A stretch of DNA of 64,000 bases from Squalus acanthias (lineage: Eukaryota), in the NCBI GenBank assembly GCA_030390025.1, contig CM059432.1:71364001-71428000 (forward strand), read 5' to 3'. Positions 12,035-24,641 of the stretch are shown piece by piece (within the stretch, counting starts at the first letter, position 1; every line of letters begins with the position of its first letter). The notes under the pieces were generated by a model, which had not been told where the DNA came from, ran no database searches, and saw only the letters and a program-made list of their open reading frames with translations. Position numbers and translations under genes: made by a program.

Positions 12035-12771
12035 GGGCCATATTTTGCTGTAGAAAACATGGTGAGACTAGCAACGCTCACCGTTATTAAAGTGTAAATC
12101 GGACAGCAACTTCCGGTGACTGGACATGCGCAGTTAAACACTACGCTATACCGGTATCTCACCAAGAGACTCAGCATTGAAAAACATGGAACGGCATGAA
12201 GTTGGGGTACTTACATGATAGATACCCAGTAAACTCACCAGAAAAAGTTAGGGCTTGTCCATTCCAGCGTAAGTACATTTTTAGCGGCATGATAAGTCTT
12301 AATGAATACCAAACAACCTCTCTGGCAATGAAAATTTACTTTTACAAGTGTGGAGTCTCATTCCTTCAGATTTTAATTATTGTTGCAGATTTTAAAAATA
12401 AAACATTTTTAATAAAACTTTTTTTAAACTTTTTCTTTCTGTCTCTTTTATCTCTCTCTCTCTCTTAATCCCATCTTTCTTTCCCTCTCTTTATTCTGCT
12501 TTCTGTACATAATTTGATATTGAATTAAATATTCTAACTGACACTTCCAGGTTCAGACTGTGCTGCTCATTAACGATTCTTCAATCTGATTGGTTAAGGA
12601 GATACACAGTTGCTTTCCCTGTTCACATAGGTTCCAGATGCCCTGTAGAAGGCGCCGCACCATTTTGGCTCTCTAAGTTACAATAAGTTCCAGTGCAAAA
12701 TCCCACAGAAAGTCTGTGGGCAAGTGCAAGTGTAATGAATGGCGTTCGCCGCTGAGAGCAAAATCCGGCCT
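12035..12771. mobile_element. Harbinger-like MITE with AT-rich interior
   Basis: ATT TSD at 12032-12034 and 12772-12774; termini GGGCCATATTTTGCT and AGCAAAATCCGGCCT. Confidence 0.75.
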
Positions 12772-12799
12772 ATTATGTACAAAAGGAATAACAAGCTAG

Positions 12800-13154
12800 G
12801 GGGGAGAAATTCATTGTAGCCCAGGATTGGGCGGTAACTTTTGAAAAGTTTGAGAATTAGCGCCAGGCGCTAATGCTTCAGACTGCATGCAAAATTCAGT
12901 CTCATTGCACAAAGGAAGGATTGGAGCGCTAAATCAAGCACTAATAGCCTAGTTCAGTGGCGTTAAACTCGAAGTTCTGACCAATATCAGGTGCAGTCTA
13001 ATCACAAGTCATCATTGCCACAGGCTCTTTCCAGTGCTTAAAAGGGTGGTTCATTGATGCTGCAGAACCTCAATCTCATCATTACTGGTTGTGCAGTCGT
13101 CTCAGCCAGCAGCAGCAGGTCAATGAGAAGGAGCCGGACGACTCCTGGTTTCTT
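12800..13154 (+). mobile_element. Left (Myb-side) end of a Harbinger, truncated by CR1
   Basis: GGGGGAGAAATT terminus; TTAGCGCCAGGCGCTAA and GAGCGCTAAATCA motifs shared with 32507-32650. Confidence 0.7.
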
Positions 13155-14245
13155 GGTTAACAGACAGAAAACAGAGACTAGGAATAAATGGGTCTTTTTC
13201 GGGTGGTAGGTGGTGACTAGTGGGGTACCGCAGGGATCAATGCTTGGGCCCCAGCTATTCACAATATATATCAATGATTTGGATGAGGGAACCAAATGTA
13301 ATATTTCCAAGTTTGCTGATGACACGAAACTAGGAGGGATTGTGAGTTGTGAAGAGGATGCAAAGAGGCTTCAAGACGATTTAGACAAGTTGAGTGAGTG
13401 GGCAAATATATGGCAGATGGAGTATAACGTGGATAAATGTGAAGTTATCCACTTTGGTAGGAAAAACAGAAAGGCAGAGTATTATTTAAATGGTGATAGA
13501 TTGGGAAATGTTGATGTACAAAGGGACCTGGGTGTCCTTGTACACCAGTCACTGAAAGCAAACATGCAGGTGCAGCAAGCAGTTAGGAAGGCAAATGGTA
13601 TGTCGGCCTTCATTGCAAGATGATTTGAGTACAGGAGCAAGGATGTCTTACTATAGTTATACAGGGCCTTGGTGAGACCACACCTGGAGTACTGTGTGCA
13701 GTTTTGGTCTCCTTACCTAAGAAAGGATATACTTGCCATAGAGGGAGTGCAGCGAAGGTTCACCAGACTGATTCCTGGGATGGCAGGACTGTCGTATGAG
13801 GAGAGATTGGGTCGACTAGGCCTGTATTCACTAGAGTTTAGAAGAATGAGAGGGGATCTCATTGAAATGTATAAAATTCTGACAGGGCTAGACAGACTGG
13901 ATGCAGGGAGGATGTTTCCCCTCGCTGGGGGGCCTAGAACGAGGGGTCACAGTCTCAGGATACGGGGTAGGACATTTAGGACTGAGATGAGGAGAAATTT
14001 CTTCACTCAGAGGGTGGTGAGCCTGTGGAATTCTCTACCACAGAAGGCTGTGGAGGCCATGTCACTGAATATATTTAAGAAGGGGATAGATAGATTTCTA
14101 GTCACAAAAGGCATCAAGGGGTATGGGGAGAGAGCGGGAATATGGTATTGAGATAGAGGATCAGCCATGATCATATTGAATGGTGAAGCAGGCTCGAAGG
14201 GCCGAATGGCCTACTCCTGCTCCTATTTTTCTATGTTTCTATGTT
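13155..14245 (+). mobile_element. 5'-truncated CR1 LINE
   Basis: VPQGSMLGP, KFADDTK, RPHLEYCVQFWSP, RTRGH motifs; in-frame stop at 13621-13623; (TATGTTTC) tail. Confidence 0.95.
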
Positions 14246-14352
14246 TAATCCAGTGCCCTGGACCAATGATCCAGAGATGTGAGTTCTAATCCCACCACAG
14301 CAGCTGGGGAATTTAAATTCAGTTAATTAAATAAATCTGGAATTAAAAAACT
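14246..14352 (+). mobile_element. Internal 5' part of a tRNA-derived SINE (same family as 60801-61236)
   Basis: Aligns to roughly positions 38-145 of the reverse-complemented 60801-61236 element, including the B box. Confidence 0.8.
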
Positions 14353-14526
14353 AGGAGAAATTCCCTACCTTAGCACCGCCCGTTACCGTGGCATTAAGTG
14401 AAGAAAGCGGCGGCCGCTGCTCTTTCGCCAGCTGGTGGCGGGTCCCGTGGCGGCTACCATTTTTGATGTCCCGGTAGCGCTGCCATTCCGAAGTAGCACC
14501 GTGAAAAAAAAATGGCGGCGTGGTGA

Positions 14527-14558
14527 AGTCCAGTAACATAACCACTATGCAACCGCAC
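14527..14558 (-). mobile_element. Head (A box) of the same SINE family in the opposite orientation
   Basis: AGTCCAGTAACATAACCACTATGC is identical to 61201-61224. Confidence 0.8.
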
Positions 14559-14571
14559 GGCTTTCCTTATA

Positions 14572-15372
14572 TCACTCTTGGGCTTCATTGGTTGGGTTTC
14601 TCACGGACATCATCAGCCAAGCTTGAAGTGGGTATTCCTTGTCTACTAGAAGCCACCCCTTAAGTCTGCTTGCAGGTCCAAAATGATCAGGGAGCTTGGA
14701 CTGCCGCAGGATGAAAGCATCATGGCAGCTCCCCGGGAATCTGGCGCACACCTGCATAAACCTTTCCTTGTGGTTGCACACCAGCTGCACGTTGATGGAA
14801 TGGAAGCTCTTGCAGTTTACGAATACCCCTAGTTGATCTGCGGGTGCGCGGATTGTCACACGTGTGCAGTCGATGATGCCCTGCACCTGTGGGAATTCTT
14901 CCAGGCCCGCTCATTCTGACTGGCTTCATCACAGACAAAGTTGAAATAATTGCCCGCCCTGGCAAACATCCTATCAGTGACCTGTCTTATGCATTTGTGT
15001 GCAGCCGACTGGGAGATCCTTGGTATGTCTCCCACAGTGCCCTGGTAGGATCCAGAGGCAAGATAGCTGAGGGTAGTGGATACTTTCACAGCCAGTGGTA
15101 ATGAGTGGCCACCAGGTTCCAGCATGGAGCAAGTCTTTTTTTGGGAGGCCACAGATGTCTGCCACCACCTGACGCAGCAATCTCAGCCTCCAGAAGCAAT
15201 GCTCTTCTGTGAGGTCTAGGAAGCTGAGCATCTGCCTGTACACCCTGTTATGCGGGTAGTGCCTCCTGCGAGCTCGGCCTCTCTGCTGCTCCCCTCTCTG
15301 CTGACCACCTGCAGGTCTCTCCCCAGCAGGCTGTTGCGATGTCCAATCTAAGACAGTTAAGGTGCCACCCAT
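14572..15372 (-). pseudogene. HARBI1-like Harbinger transposase, frameshifted and 3'-truncated; element end probably near 15806
   Basis: RVYRQ..SFLDLTEEHC, LAVKV...GSYQG, GIIDCT, SINVQLVC, FPGSCHDAFIL, LLVDKEYPL motifs spread over three frames. Confidence 0.92.
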
Positions 15373-17207
15373 CCTGATCTAAGACTGAAAACGTCTAAAA
15401 GTATAGAAACTAACCTCTCACCACAAGTACTGTGAACAAACTCTTTCCCAGTGGTAGATCAGAAAGCAGCTGTGAGCACTGAGTATTTATTGCTGTATTT
15501 GCCTGACTTTTAATAAGCCCCACGAATTGCTGTTGTGTTCCCGTCTTGGTTTCAGCTCGGGAAACCCATGGGTGCACCGTTAAATTCGACTGTTGGTAGA
15601 AATATTGCTACAATGGCGCTATTAATGTATTTAAATCGATAGCCCGCCTCTCCGGAAGGGGTTACGCGCAACCTGCCCAATGCGCCCGAGTTAAACGCGG
15701 AAGTCGGCATATTGGAGCCGGCTTCCAGACGTGAATGCATTTTCAGCCACTTCAACCCCCTACCCGCACCTAAACCCATGCTCTGCTCCACGTTAATAGT
15801 CCCCCCAATGTTTCACGCCGATGACTTTTCGTCAGGCATTGCAAGTCAGAATTGTACGGTATGTTCGAGATGTATGAGATCCTTTGTGAGACAAACCTAT
15901 GTTCTGAGCATAGTAAAAAACTTTTGTGGCAAACTTATGCAAGCTGTAAATCACCCTGTCATTCTACATAAGTCATCATTGTCTTTTTCTATAATTAGTA
16001 TACAAAAGCACAGAACCATAGAAAGTCATAGGCCCCGAAAATCTGCAGGCCAGCGATTCCAGCACTTGCACCCATTGGGAACTTCTGCTGTTGACCCAAG
16101 TGAACTTTCCAGGGTCAGGGGAGGTTTCCACTAGGGCGCACTTGGGATACCCATTATATAAACCAAGTTAGTGCGTCCAGGCCTGTTGGGGCCTTCCCCC
16201 GATACAAGATATTGCCACTCTCCCATCCTGTAGCGCCCCTAATTAGGTTCCAGGGCAAGATCTCATCCTGGACCCCCAGGTGATACCCCATCCACCGCTG
16301 GGTCAGACAGTACACCCGTCTGCTCTGCTTGCACCATCTATATTCCGGGTCCCTTTGAGGTCATGGGGGTGCAGGAATTCCTGACATAGGGAGTCCTCAT
16401 CTCCGTCCCCATGCCCCCTTACAACAATGGTTTTGTAAGGGCAGGCAGAGGCTCCACCCACACAAAACAATCCCAGAAATTTCACCGCTAGGGCAGGACC
16501 TGGCATATCTGGGTCTTGGACTAGTTTCTAGTATATCAGCATATCCCGGCCAAAACGCTAGCAGGAATAAGCCAGAAAAACAGAAAATATTTTATAAATG
16601 GTAAGTGTTGGACGTCCTGGAGAGATATATGTTGGACATCTTGGGGAGTTAAGGGTTAACAGTCAAACTTCATTTATCTTGGATTAACAGGCTTTCCAAT
16701 ATAAACAGGATGACTTTGAAGTGTTGTGAGGAGAAAGCATGGCTTGTCTTCTGATATGTAAAGTGCCTGTGTGAGGAAATAAGTGTTAGTAATAAAGTGT
16801 AACTCTAAGGTAATAAAAGATAACAGTTGATAAGGCATTTTCTTAAAAGAGTTTAGAGACTGCTCTTGTTTAAGGGAAGTAGTTCTGAGGTAAACAAACT
16901 GCAACTGTTTACATGACTAGTCTGGTTTCAAAGGGTTTGGGAATAGATACATCATACAGTCTTATTTATGACATTTCCCTTTGATGTAATCAAAATGTGG
17001 TGTATAAAGGATCATGGTTTTCAACAGTATGTCAACGTGTGCTTGAAAGATACAGAAACCGGAAAAAGTCACTCTCTGTATACAGTTAAAGACCGATTAC
17101 CTTTTACTGTGTATCAAAAATGCCTGTTTCGAATACTCCCTTGCGAAGTCTTGTGCTTGCTCAAAATGTGTTGTTGTGAACCAGAGGAGAAAGGTGGTTG
17201 ACTGCTA

Positions 17208-17946
17208 ACAGTGAGAAACTATTAAATGTTGGTGTTCAGAGAGATTTAGGTGTCCTCGTACAGGAAACACAGGGAGTTAGCATGCAGGTACAGCAAGCAA
17301 TTAGGAAGGCAAATGGTATGTTGGCCTTTATTGCAAGGAGGTTGGAGTACTGGAAGTAAGGTAAGGAAGTCTTGCTACAATTGTACAGGGCTTTGGTGAG
17401 ACCACACCTGCAGTACTGTGCACAGTTTTGCTCTCCTTATCTATGGAAGGATATACTTGCCTTAGAGGCGGTACAACAAAGGTTCACTAGATTGATTCCT
17501 GGGATGAGAGGGTTGTCCTATGAAGAGAGATTGAGTAGATTGGGCCTATACTCTCTGGAGGTTAGAAGAATAAGAGGTGATCTCATTGAAACATATAAGA
17601 TTCTGAAGGGGATTGACAGGGTAGATGCTGAGAGGTTGTTTCCCCTGGCTGGAAAGTCTAGAACTAGGGGTAGGCCATTTAAGACTGAGATGAGGAGGAA
17701 TTGCTTCACTCAGAGGGTTTTGAATCTTTAGAATTCTCTACCCTAAAGGACTGTGAATGCTGAATCATTGAGTATATTCAAGGCTGAGATAGATAGATTT
17801 TTGGACTCTAGGGGAATCAAGGGATATGGAGATTGGGCGGGAAAGTGGAGTTGAGGTCAAAGATCAGCAATAATCTTATTGAATGGCGGAGCAGGCTCGA
17901 AGGGCGATATGGCCTACTCCTCCTCCTAATTCTTATGTTCTTATGT
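17208..17946 (+). mobile_element. CR1 LINE 3' fragment
   Basis: LYRALVRPHL...RGDLIETYKIL; 3' UTR ending TTCTTATGTTCTTATG. Confidence 0.93.
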
Positions 17947-20900
17947 TAAAGCCCAGGAATATGCCAGAAGGGCCATACATTTTAACAAATAATGTCACGT
18001 AATGTAATCATTTATCATCCTTTAACTGTGCACTTACCCTTCATTTATTCATATTGGCAGAGCCTTTAACTTTACTACAATCAAAAGCACTCCACATTTT
18101 GTGTAATTCATCAAATAGGGTACCACTGCCCAAATAAAAACATGGGCAGTTCTATAGAAAGCATGATATTGTGTGATTAAGACTCCTTCAAGGAAGCATC
18201 AGATGTTATGATTAGTCCGTCATTCACATATCTTCGTAGTGTCATCAAGTCTGCTGTCACACCTTTCTTTGGGAAGAGGAGCTTTCGCTTTCACTTTTAC
18301 TAACTGTCTGTCACAGTGAGGCCTGACCACCTCGGCTGCAGGTGCAGTTGTGCAAGTACCGGCAGGTGGGCACAGAGCACCCATCATGCAGCCAGTTGTG
18401 CTTGACCTCTCTGGAGGTCCCTCTCTTGTTCAAAACACCTCAGATAAAGTGATTCCCTTTGGGAAACCCATTGTTGCTAGTAGTGGTGCTAGGAGAAAAA
18501 ATAAATAATTTACAACAAGTAGCACAAAGGCTCAAGAGAACCTATATTATGGAGCAGACAGGAGACAACAATTATCCTTGAAACCTTGTATATGGGGGGT
18601 GGGGGAATGTTTGCACAGTAAGTCTACCCCGATTAGTTCAGGCATGTGTAGCATTGCATCAAAGATACTGATGGCATATTTGATAAGAATTCTGGTTGTA
18701 GCTTGAGCTTCATTGCACGTGTGCTCAGTTTTGCCAGTGGTTGGAGCATAGCTATCATGACACATGGCTGCACAGATTAGTCTTGCACTCTTCATTCCTC
18801 TTCAACTAATTTCTGCACAGATGATCCCAGAACAAGCAAATTGTGTCCCAAATGATTCTGTGCTGCTGGCCATATATGATGATAAAATATACACTTTGGG
18901 TTATAAAGGCCAGGGGTGTCCAAACCATGCCCTGTGTACCACATATCAAGTCCTGTTAAGCCAGCTCAAGCACCTCAGTCCTATTTATACTTACAGTGGC
19001 TTAAAATCATCGGCTCTGCTCTACTTGTGTAACTGCAATGGAGCAGATACCAGTGTATTCACTCTTGACCCCACAGGAGTCAAAGCAGGGTCACATCACT
19101 TGCATTTTTTCAGTAGGCCCCTGTGCCACTAAAAGTGCATCTTGGGTGCCATGCACTTGGCTTGCAGACACAGTGGGTCCCACTTATGTCTATTGGAAGA
19201 CCTGTACTCAAGGTTCATTCCAGTGTCCAGCATGGGCCAAGGAAATTCCCAGCATGGGAAATCCCTCCCCTCGGCACCATTCCCTCTGATGTCACAGGTC
19301 ATGTTTGGGGCGAATGGAAGTTCCACCTTCCCCAGGCTCTCTCAGGAATTTGCAGCTAGCGTGATTTTGAGCAGTGACTTAAGATTTCCAGATCCTGCCA
19401 GATCTCTCGTCTCCATCAGTGCTCCTTTGACTGCCTCATGCCTCAGATCCATCATTGGGGCTGAGAATTTTTGGCCCAATATTTTTTATTTGCTTGTTTG
19501 CTTTGTTTGAATATTTTTAGTACTGTTCCCTCATTGGTGGATACATGTTCAATCACAACACTAAATTCTGTTACTATAAGCAACTTTTGATATATGCAAG
19601 TTAATGGGAATGTGGATGTAGTCTCAGAGGTACTTAGGTAAAGACACGGTCTTCTCTGCAAAAGCCAGCAGTCCTGCAGAGTTATGTTGTCCTTTCACGT
19701 TGCTACTGTAGTCAGTGAGGAAAGCGATGAAGTTCTTGGCCCTACTGCATATGCACCATTGACCTTTATACACCCCTGGTCAGAAAACTGGCTGACACTG
19801 CACATTTCTCTTGCTATTCATGGAAGGATCCAGAGACATAAAAATTGAGGGTTGTTGTCACCTTGACAGCCACTGGGAGTACTGTTTCTATGTGTGAGAT
19901 TATCTGCAGGTATTCTTGAAACAGATGGCACACCTAGATAAACGCTTCCCTGCAAACCTGAGCCTCTGGAAGCAGCATACCTCAGTCGTTGCCAGGTGTA
20001 TGGGCCTGCAGATATAATAGGAGATATAGCAATGGACACCAATAGAATACTTCTGCTGCTATCTGACATCTCCTGCATTCCTTCCCCTACTTAGCCTCAT
20101 TGCACAGTTACAGACTGTGTAACGTATATTCATAACAATTTCTGTGTTTTGATGACTAGGAAGCTTGACTGACTGCAATGGTTAAAAGAAAAACTACACC
20201 TAACATAATGGAGCAAGTTACAAACCACATCCAGAATTCATAATACTACACATGGAATTAAATTAATAGTACATTATGAAGAACATTTTAAACAGTTACA
20301 CGTGATCCAATTTTCAGTAACTCAGTGAATAATTTATATTGAAGGAAGTAATGTCATCTTCAATTGTGCTTTCACAATCAGTACCAGTTCTCACAACGCT
20401 CCTTGTCTAAGACAAAAATCCAGTATCCGAGCCACACTTCAAAACGTGGCAGTTGTCTTCATTCATGATATGGGTGAACCTGGGTGAGATTTTAAAAAGT
20501 ACAATTTAATGTGGAATTGCTGCCCTGGTGCCAGTTGTATAAAACATAACACTGAACACAATTTACAGGCTTCTTTGGTGCCCAGAACTTAAAAGTCTGT
20601 GTATAGATGTAACTATTGTTGTCTCCTCATCCTTACATTCACTGTTTGTTTCTAATATGTCAAAGTATATAATTTTAATGGAACTTACAACATTAACACA
20701 TAGATAATTGCAGGAGTGAAAATACCTGAAGTTGTGACAATATCTTGTCAGTATCCATTTTTCTGGACTCTTTTACACAAGGAAGTTTATAAAATTCATA
20801 TGCTTTCATTGCAAAAAAGTAAATAAGATGGAAAAATATTTTGTCCCTTCATTGCTCTGTCCTGGAGGTTCTAAATTAAGAATGAATTATTATAATAAGC

Positions 20901-21742
20901 TCCTGTTATAATTGCAGCCTTATTTATTTTTCATGATGTTTCATTTTTTATTCTCTCGTGCGCTTTCTCACACTTGAGTGGCTGTTACTGTTTCTGAACA
21001 ATGACTAGCAGAAGGGGAATGAATCTCTCCTATTCTTCCACTCCAAATTAACGGCTGTTATGCTAAATCCATCTATTCCAATGGCTATGATTATTTTACA
21101 ATTTATTTCCATGGTCACATGAGGAAGTTATATGACCCTTTTTTGGCAGTGGATCCACCATATGCAAAATAAAGTCTGGCAAGATTTTAAGTAGTGTACT
21201 TCACAATTCCAAATATATCCACTTGCAGATATAAGCTCCAATTTTAAACAGCTCCACATCAGCTTAAGGCCTCATTGTGGGCTCGCAAGGTTCTTAAGAA
21301 TTTGGCACACAATGTCATGGGACTGTTTCGCAGTGGAACAGATTTTGTGATTGGCACTCTTGGTGGGAGAGACAAGATGTGCTATTTTCTAGCACAAGCT
21401 TCCTTTCCATGGAATAATTATTCAAATTAGGTTTCCCAACGAATTTGAATATGTTCGGCTGAGTTGCACTCCCAGCATTTTACCTTACTAATATGAAATT
21501 AGAGCCTAACCAATCCCGGGTCTGACGTGGTTGTCTTCTTACAGCCAGGTTGTTGGGACATTAAGTTTGAAAGTTGCTTTTTTTTGCGATTTTGCATTTC
21601 AGTGGGGTGCATTGCGTTCTCAGCATTTTTCTTGTGTCTATTTCTGTCATTTCTGCAAGAACCTTTGACTTGCATCCAAGAACTTCCTGTAGTCTCTTTC
21701 CTTGCTACTGCTTTGTACCTTGCAGCTAACATAGTGCTAAAA

Positions 21743-22270
21743 ATGGGAATTGGTCTGGATCCCAATTGGCTGCATGATCAAAGGAGGACAGTTTCACGAG
21801 GGAGCATCATATACAAAGACAGCGACAGCTTAGGAATTATGTGAGCTATCATCAATACCCATGGATCTGTATTTATAGACCCCAGCAATCATACCTGGGC
21901 ATGCCTGAGGACAACTGTCTTTGCTCCTCAATAGAGAGGTTAAGGCAGATCTATGTTATCTGCTTGAGGTGGACCTGTAAACAGCATGAAGAACTGGTAC
22001 AACTCTTCCTGCAGCTTTGAAGTTCACCACTGCATTAAGATTTTATGCTATGGGAGCCTTCCAGGGGACATCTGTCAAATCAGCCAATTTGTTGTCCACA
22101 GATGTATAAAGCAAGCGACAAATGTAATGCTTGCCAGGGAAAATACCTTCATAACTTTCTCTGTGAAAAGGAAGCTGCAGCTAGAGACACAGGACTTTTT
22201 CTATGGGACAGGCTGTCCAAGAGGCCAGATAAATATAGATGGCTCCTACAAGGCCAGTGCATGTGTGAGG
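21743..22270 (+). pseudogene. Old HARBI1-like transposase remnant
   Basis: IYRPQQSYLGMPEDNCL and GSLPGDICQISQFVVHRCIKQATNVM...FITF match the N-terminal half of the 35004-36164 protein. Confidence 0.7.
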
Positions 22271-22514
22271 ATTTTGTAATTTTACACTGTTCTTGTTTCT
22301 GGTGGTAGTACTGGCTCAGAGGATAACTTTGAACATGTCTTTCAGTGCAAGCTATTAGAGTGCCTCACTAGATATCTGCCTTACACCTTTTGTACAATAA
22401 AAGACCATTAAGAGAAGGGCAAAGGCTATCTCCATGCTTTGCATGGTATGTCCTTCCTGAGGGTGCACCAGCACTTTCATACATTTGTGCCATAATTTCC
22501 TTGTCCCACATATT

Positions 22515-22963
22515 GGGGTCAATTTAACTTGCCAAAATCAGCATTAACAGGGTGGTAACGGCCACAAAATTGAGTTGGTAAGCTTATTGCCCCATTAGCG
22601 ACGACAATTGGCCCACAAACAATGGCCTACCACTGGGCGATAGAGGAGAAGATGTCCTGGAAAGCTAAGTTTTAAATTAGTTTTGTGAGGCTAGGTGGAA
22701 CAGAAGCGCTTCTCCAGGCCTCAAAAAATGATTTGGGCTGCTGCTGACTCTGGCTCCCTCCCTCTTCGAGATCGCAACACCTCTCTGGACTTATCTTGCT
22801 GCTTGGTAGCCCCTGGGCTGCCTGATATTGAGCTGGGCTATTTGGAGCCTGAGTATGCCAGTTCCATTTAAATGAGGCGAGAGCCCCAAAATGGCTCCGG
22901 TCTCTTTGCCCCCAAAATGGGCCTGTTGTGTCAGCTGGCCACCCAAAAGTTAAAATCAACCCC
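22515..22963. mobile_element. Harbinger-like MITE
   Basis: Termini GGGGTCAATTTAACTT and AAGTTAAAATCAACCCC; flanks ATT/AAT. Confidence 0.65.
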
Positions 22964-23264
22964 AATATATGCAAAGGTGGGGACACTTACTTTAGTCAAT
23001 CCTCCTGTAATCAGAAAACCTCTTCCTCACTTCGACCCAAATGCTTTGGACCTGGGAGATTGCATTTACTCAGTGTGCTACCTCCACCCATGCAGCTTTC
23101 ACAGGAGACTGGCATTCAACTCCAAAGCGGACCACTCTCCTTTGTTGCATCCCCTGCAGCAAAACATCCAACATGTCCTACATAAATGTCACATCCTGCC
23201 AATCAGAGAATTAACCCTTTATCCCTACTCTGTCTCTTACCTCCCAACTAAATACTGACCCATG

Positions 23265-23555
23265 TCACAAGGCTTTCTCCAATTCTGTACACTCTCATTT
23301 TTGCTAATAATCTCTTGTGCAGAACCTTATCATATGTCTTCTGGATGTCCATATAGATAACATCCATAGGTATTCCCCTATCCACCACACTAGTGACCTC
23401 CTCAAAAAAATCAACTAGATTAGTCAGACATGAACTACCCTTCACAAATCCTTGCCAACTCTCTTTGATCAGCAGCTACTTGTCCAAATGCTCAATCACT
23501 GTCTCTGATGATGTATTCCAGTAACTTCCCCACAATTGATGTTAAACTGACAGGT
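23265..23555 (-). mobile_element. CR1 RT internal fragment
   Basis: SCLTNLVDFFEEVT...DVIYMDIQKTYDKV. Confidence 0.85.
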
Positions 23556-23888
23556 TGGAGCCATAGTGGTTGATCTGTAGAATCATAAACATATGTTTAA
23601 ATCTTTCTCAAGATACCAGCCCATCAGCAAATGTACTTTAGATATTGGTCTCTGTCACCATATTATATAAAGTCTGAAACAATAACATGTCTCTGATGGT
23701 AACAGTTAACATGGCTGATTCATCAAAGGTGATAACTAGAAATGTTGACAAATTCTTTTCACCAGATGATTTGTTCCAACATTTGAGAATAATATTGAAA
23801 TCACTACTTTGAACAGAATAGTTAACATGTTATCCATCGCTAGCCTGTCATAGAATCATAGAACGGCTACAGCACAGAAGGAGGCCAC

Positions 23889-24069
23889 ATTAACCACATT
23901 TAAAAAGTACTTGGATGTGCACTTGGGATGCTCTAACCTGCAGGGCTACAGACCAAGAGCTGGGAAGTGGGATTAGGCTGGATAGCTCTTTGTTGGCCGG
24001 CGCGGACATGATGGGCCAAAATGGCCTCCTTCCATGCTGTAACTTTCTATGATTCTATGATTCTATGAT
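23889..24069 (+). mobile_element. Short CR1 3' end inserted into the 3' UTR of another CR1
   Basis: TTTAAAAAGTACTTGGAT...GGGCCAAAATGGCCTCCTTC...(TTCTATGA)3; the host GGAGGCCA...TTTGGCCCATCGAG is interrupted. Confidence 0.8.
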
Positions 24070-24641
24070 TTGGCCCATCGAGCCCATGCTAGCTCTCTGC
24101 GAGAGCACTTCAGCTAGTCCCACTCCCCCGCCCTTTCCCCATAGCCCTGCAATTAATTTTCCTTCAGGTACTTATCCAATTTCCTTTTGAAAGCCATGAT
24201 TGAGTCTGCCTTCACCACCCTTTCAGGCAGTGCATTCCAGATCCTAACCACTTGCTGCGTAAAAAAGTTTTTCCTCATGTCGCTTTTGGTTCTTCTGCCA
24301 ATCACCTTAAATCTGTGTCCTCTGGTTCTCAACCCTTCCGCCAATGGGAACAGTTTCTCTCTATCTACTCTGTCTAGATCCCTCATGATTTTGAACACCT
24401 CTATCAAATCTCCTCTCAACCTTCTCTGCTCCAAGGAGAACAACCCCAGCTTCTCTAGTCTATCAACATAACTGAAGTCCCTCATTCCTGGAACCATTCT
24501 CGTAAATCTTTTCTGCACTGTCTCTAAGGCCTCCACATGCTTCCTAAAGTGCGGTGCCCAGAATTGGACACAATACTCCAGTTGAGGCCGAACCAGTGTT
24601 TTATAAATGTTCATCATAACTTTCTTGCTTTTGTACTCCAT

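Noticed and set aside
18296..18420. Exon after a TACTAAC branch point and CACAG acceptor
   Set aside because: Two frames stop immediately, the third is unrecognised, and there is no strong donor; may be a decayed repeat
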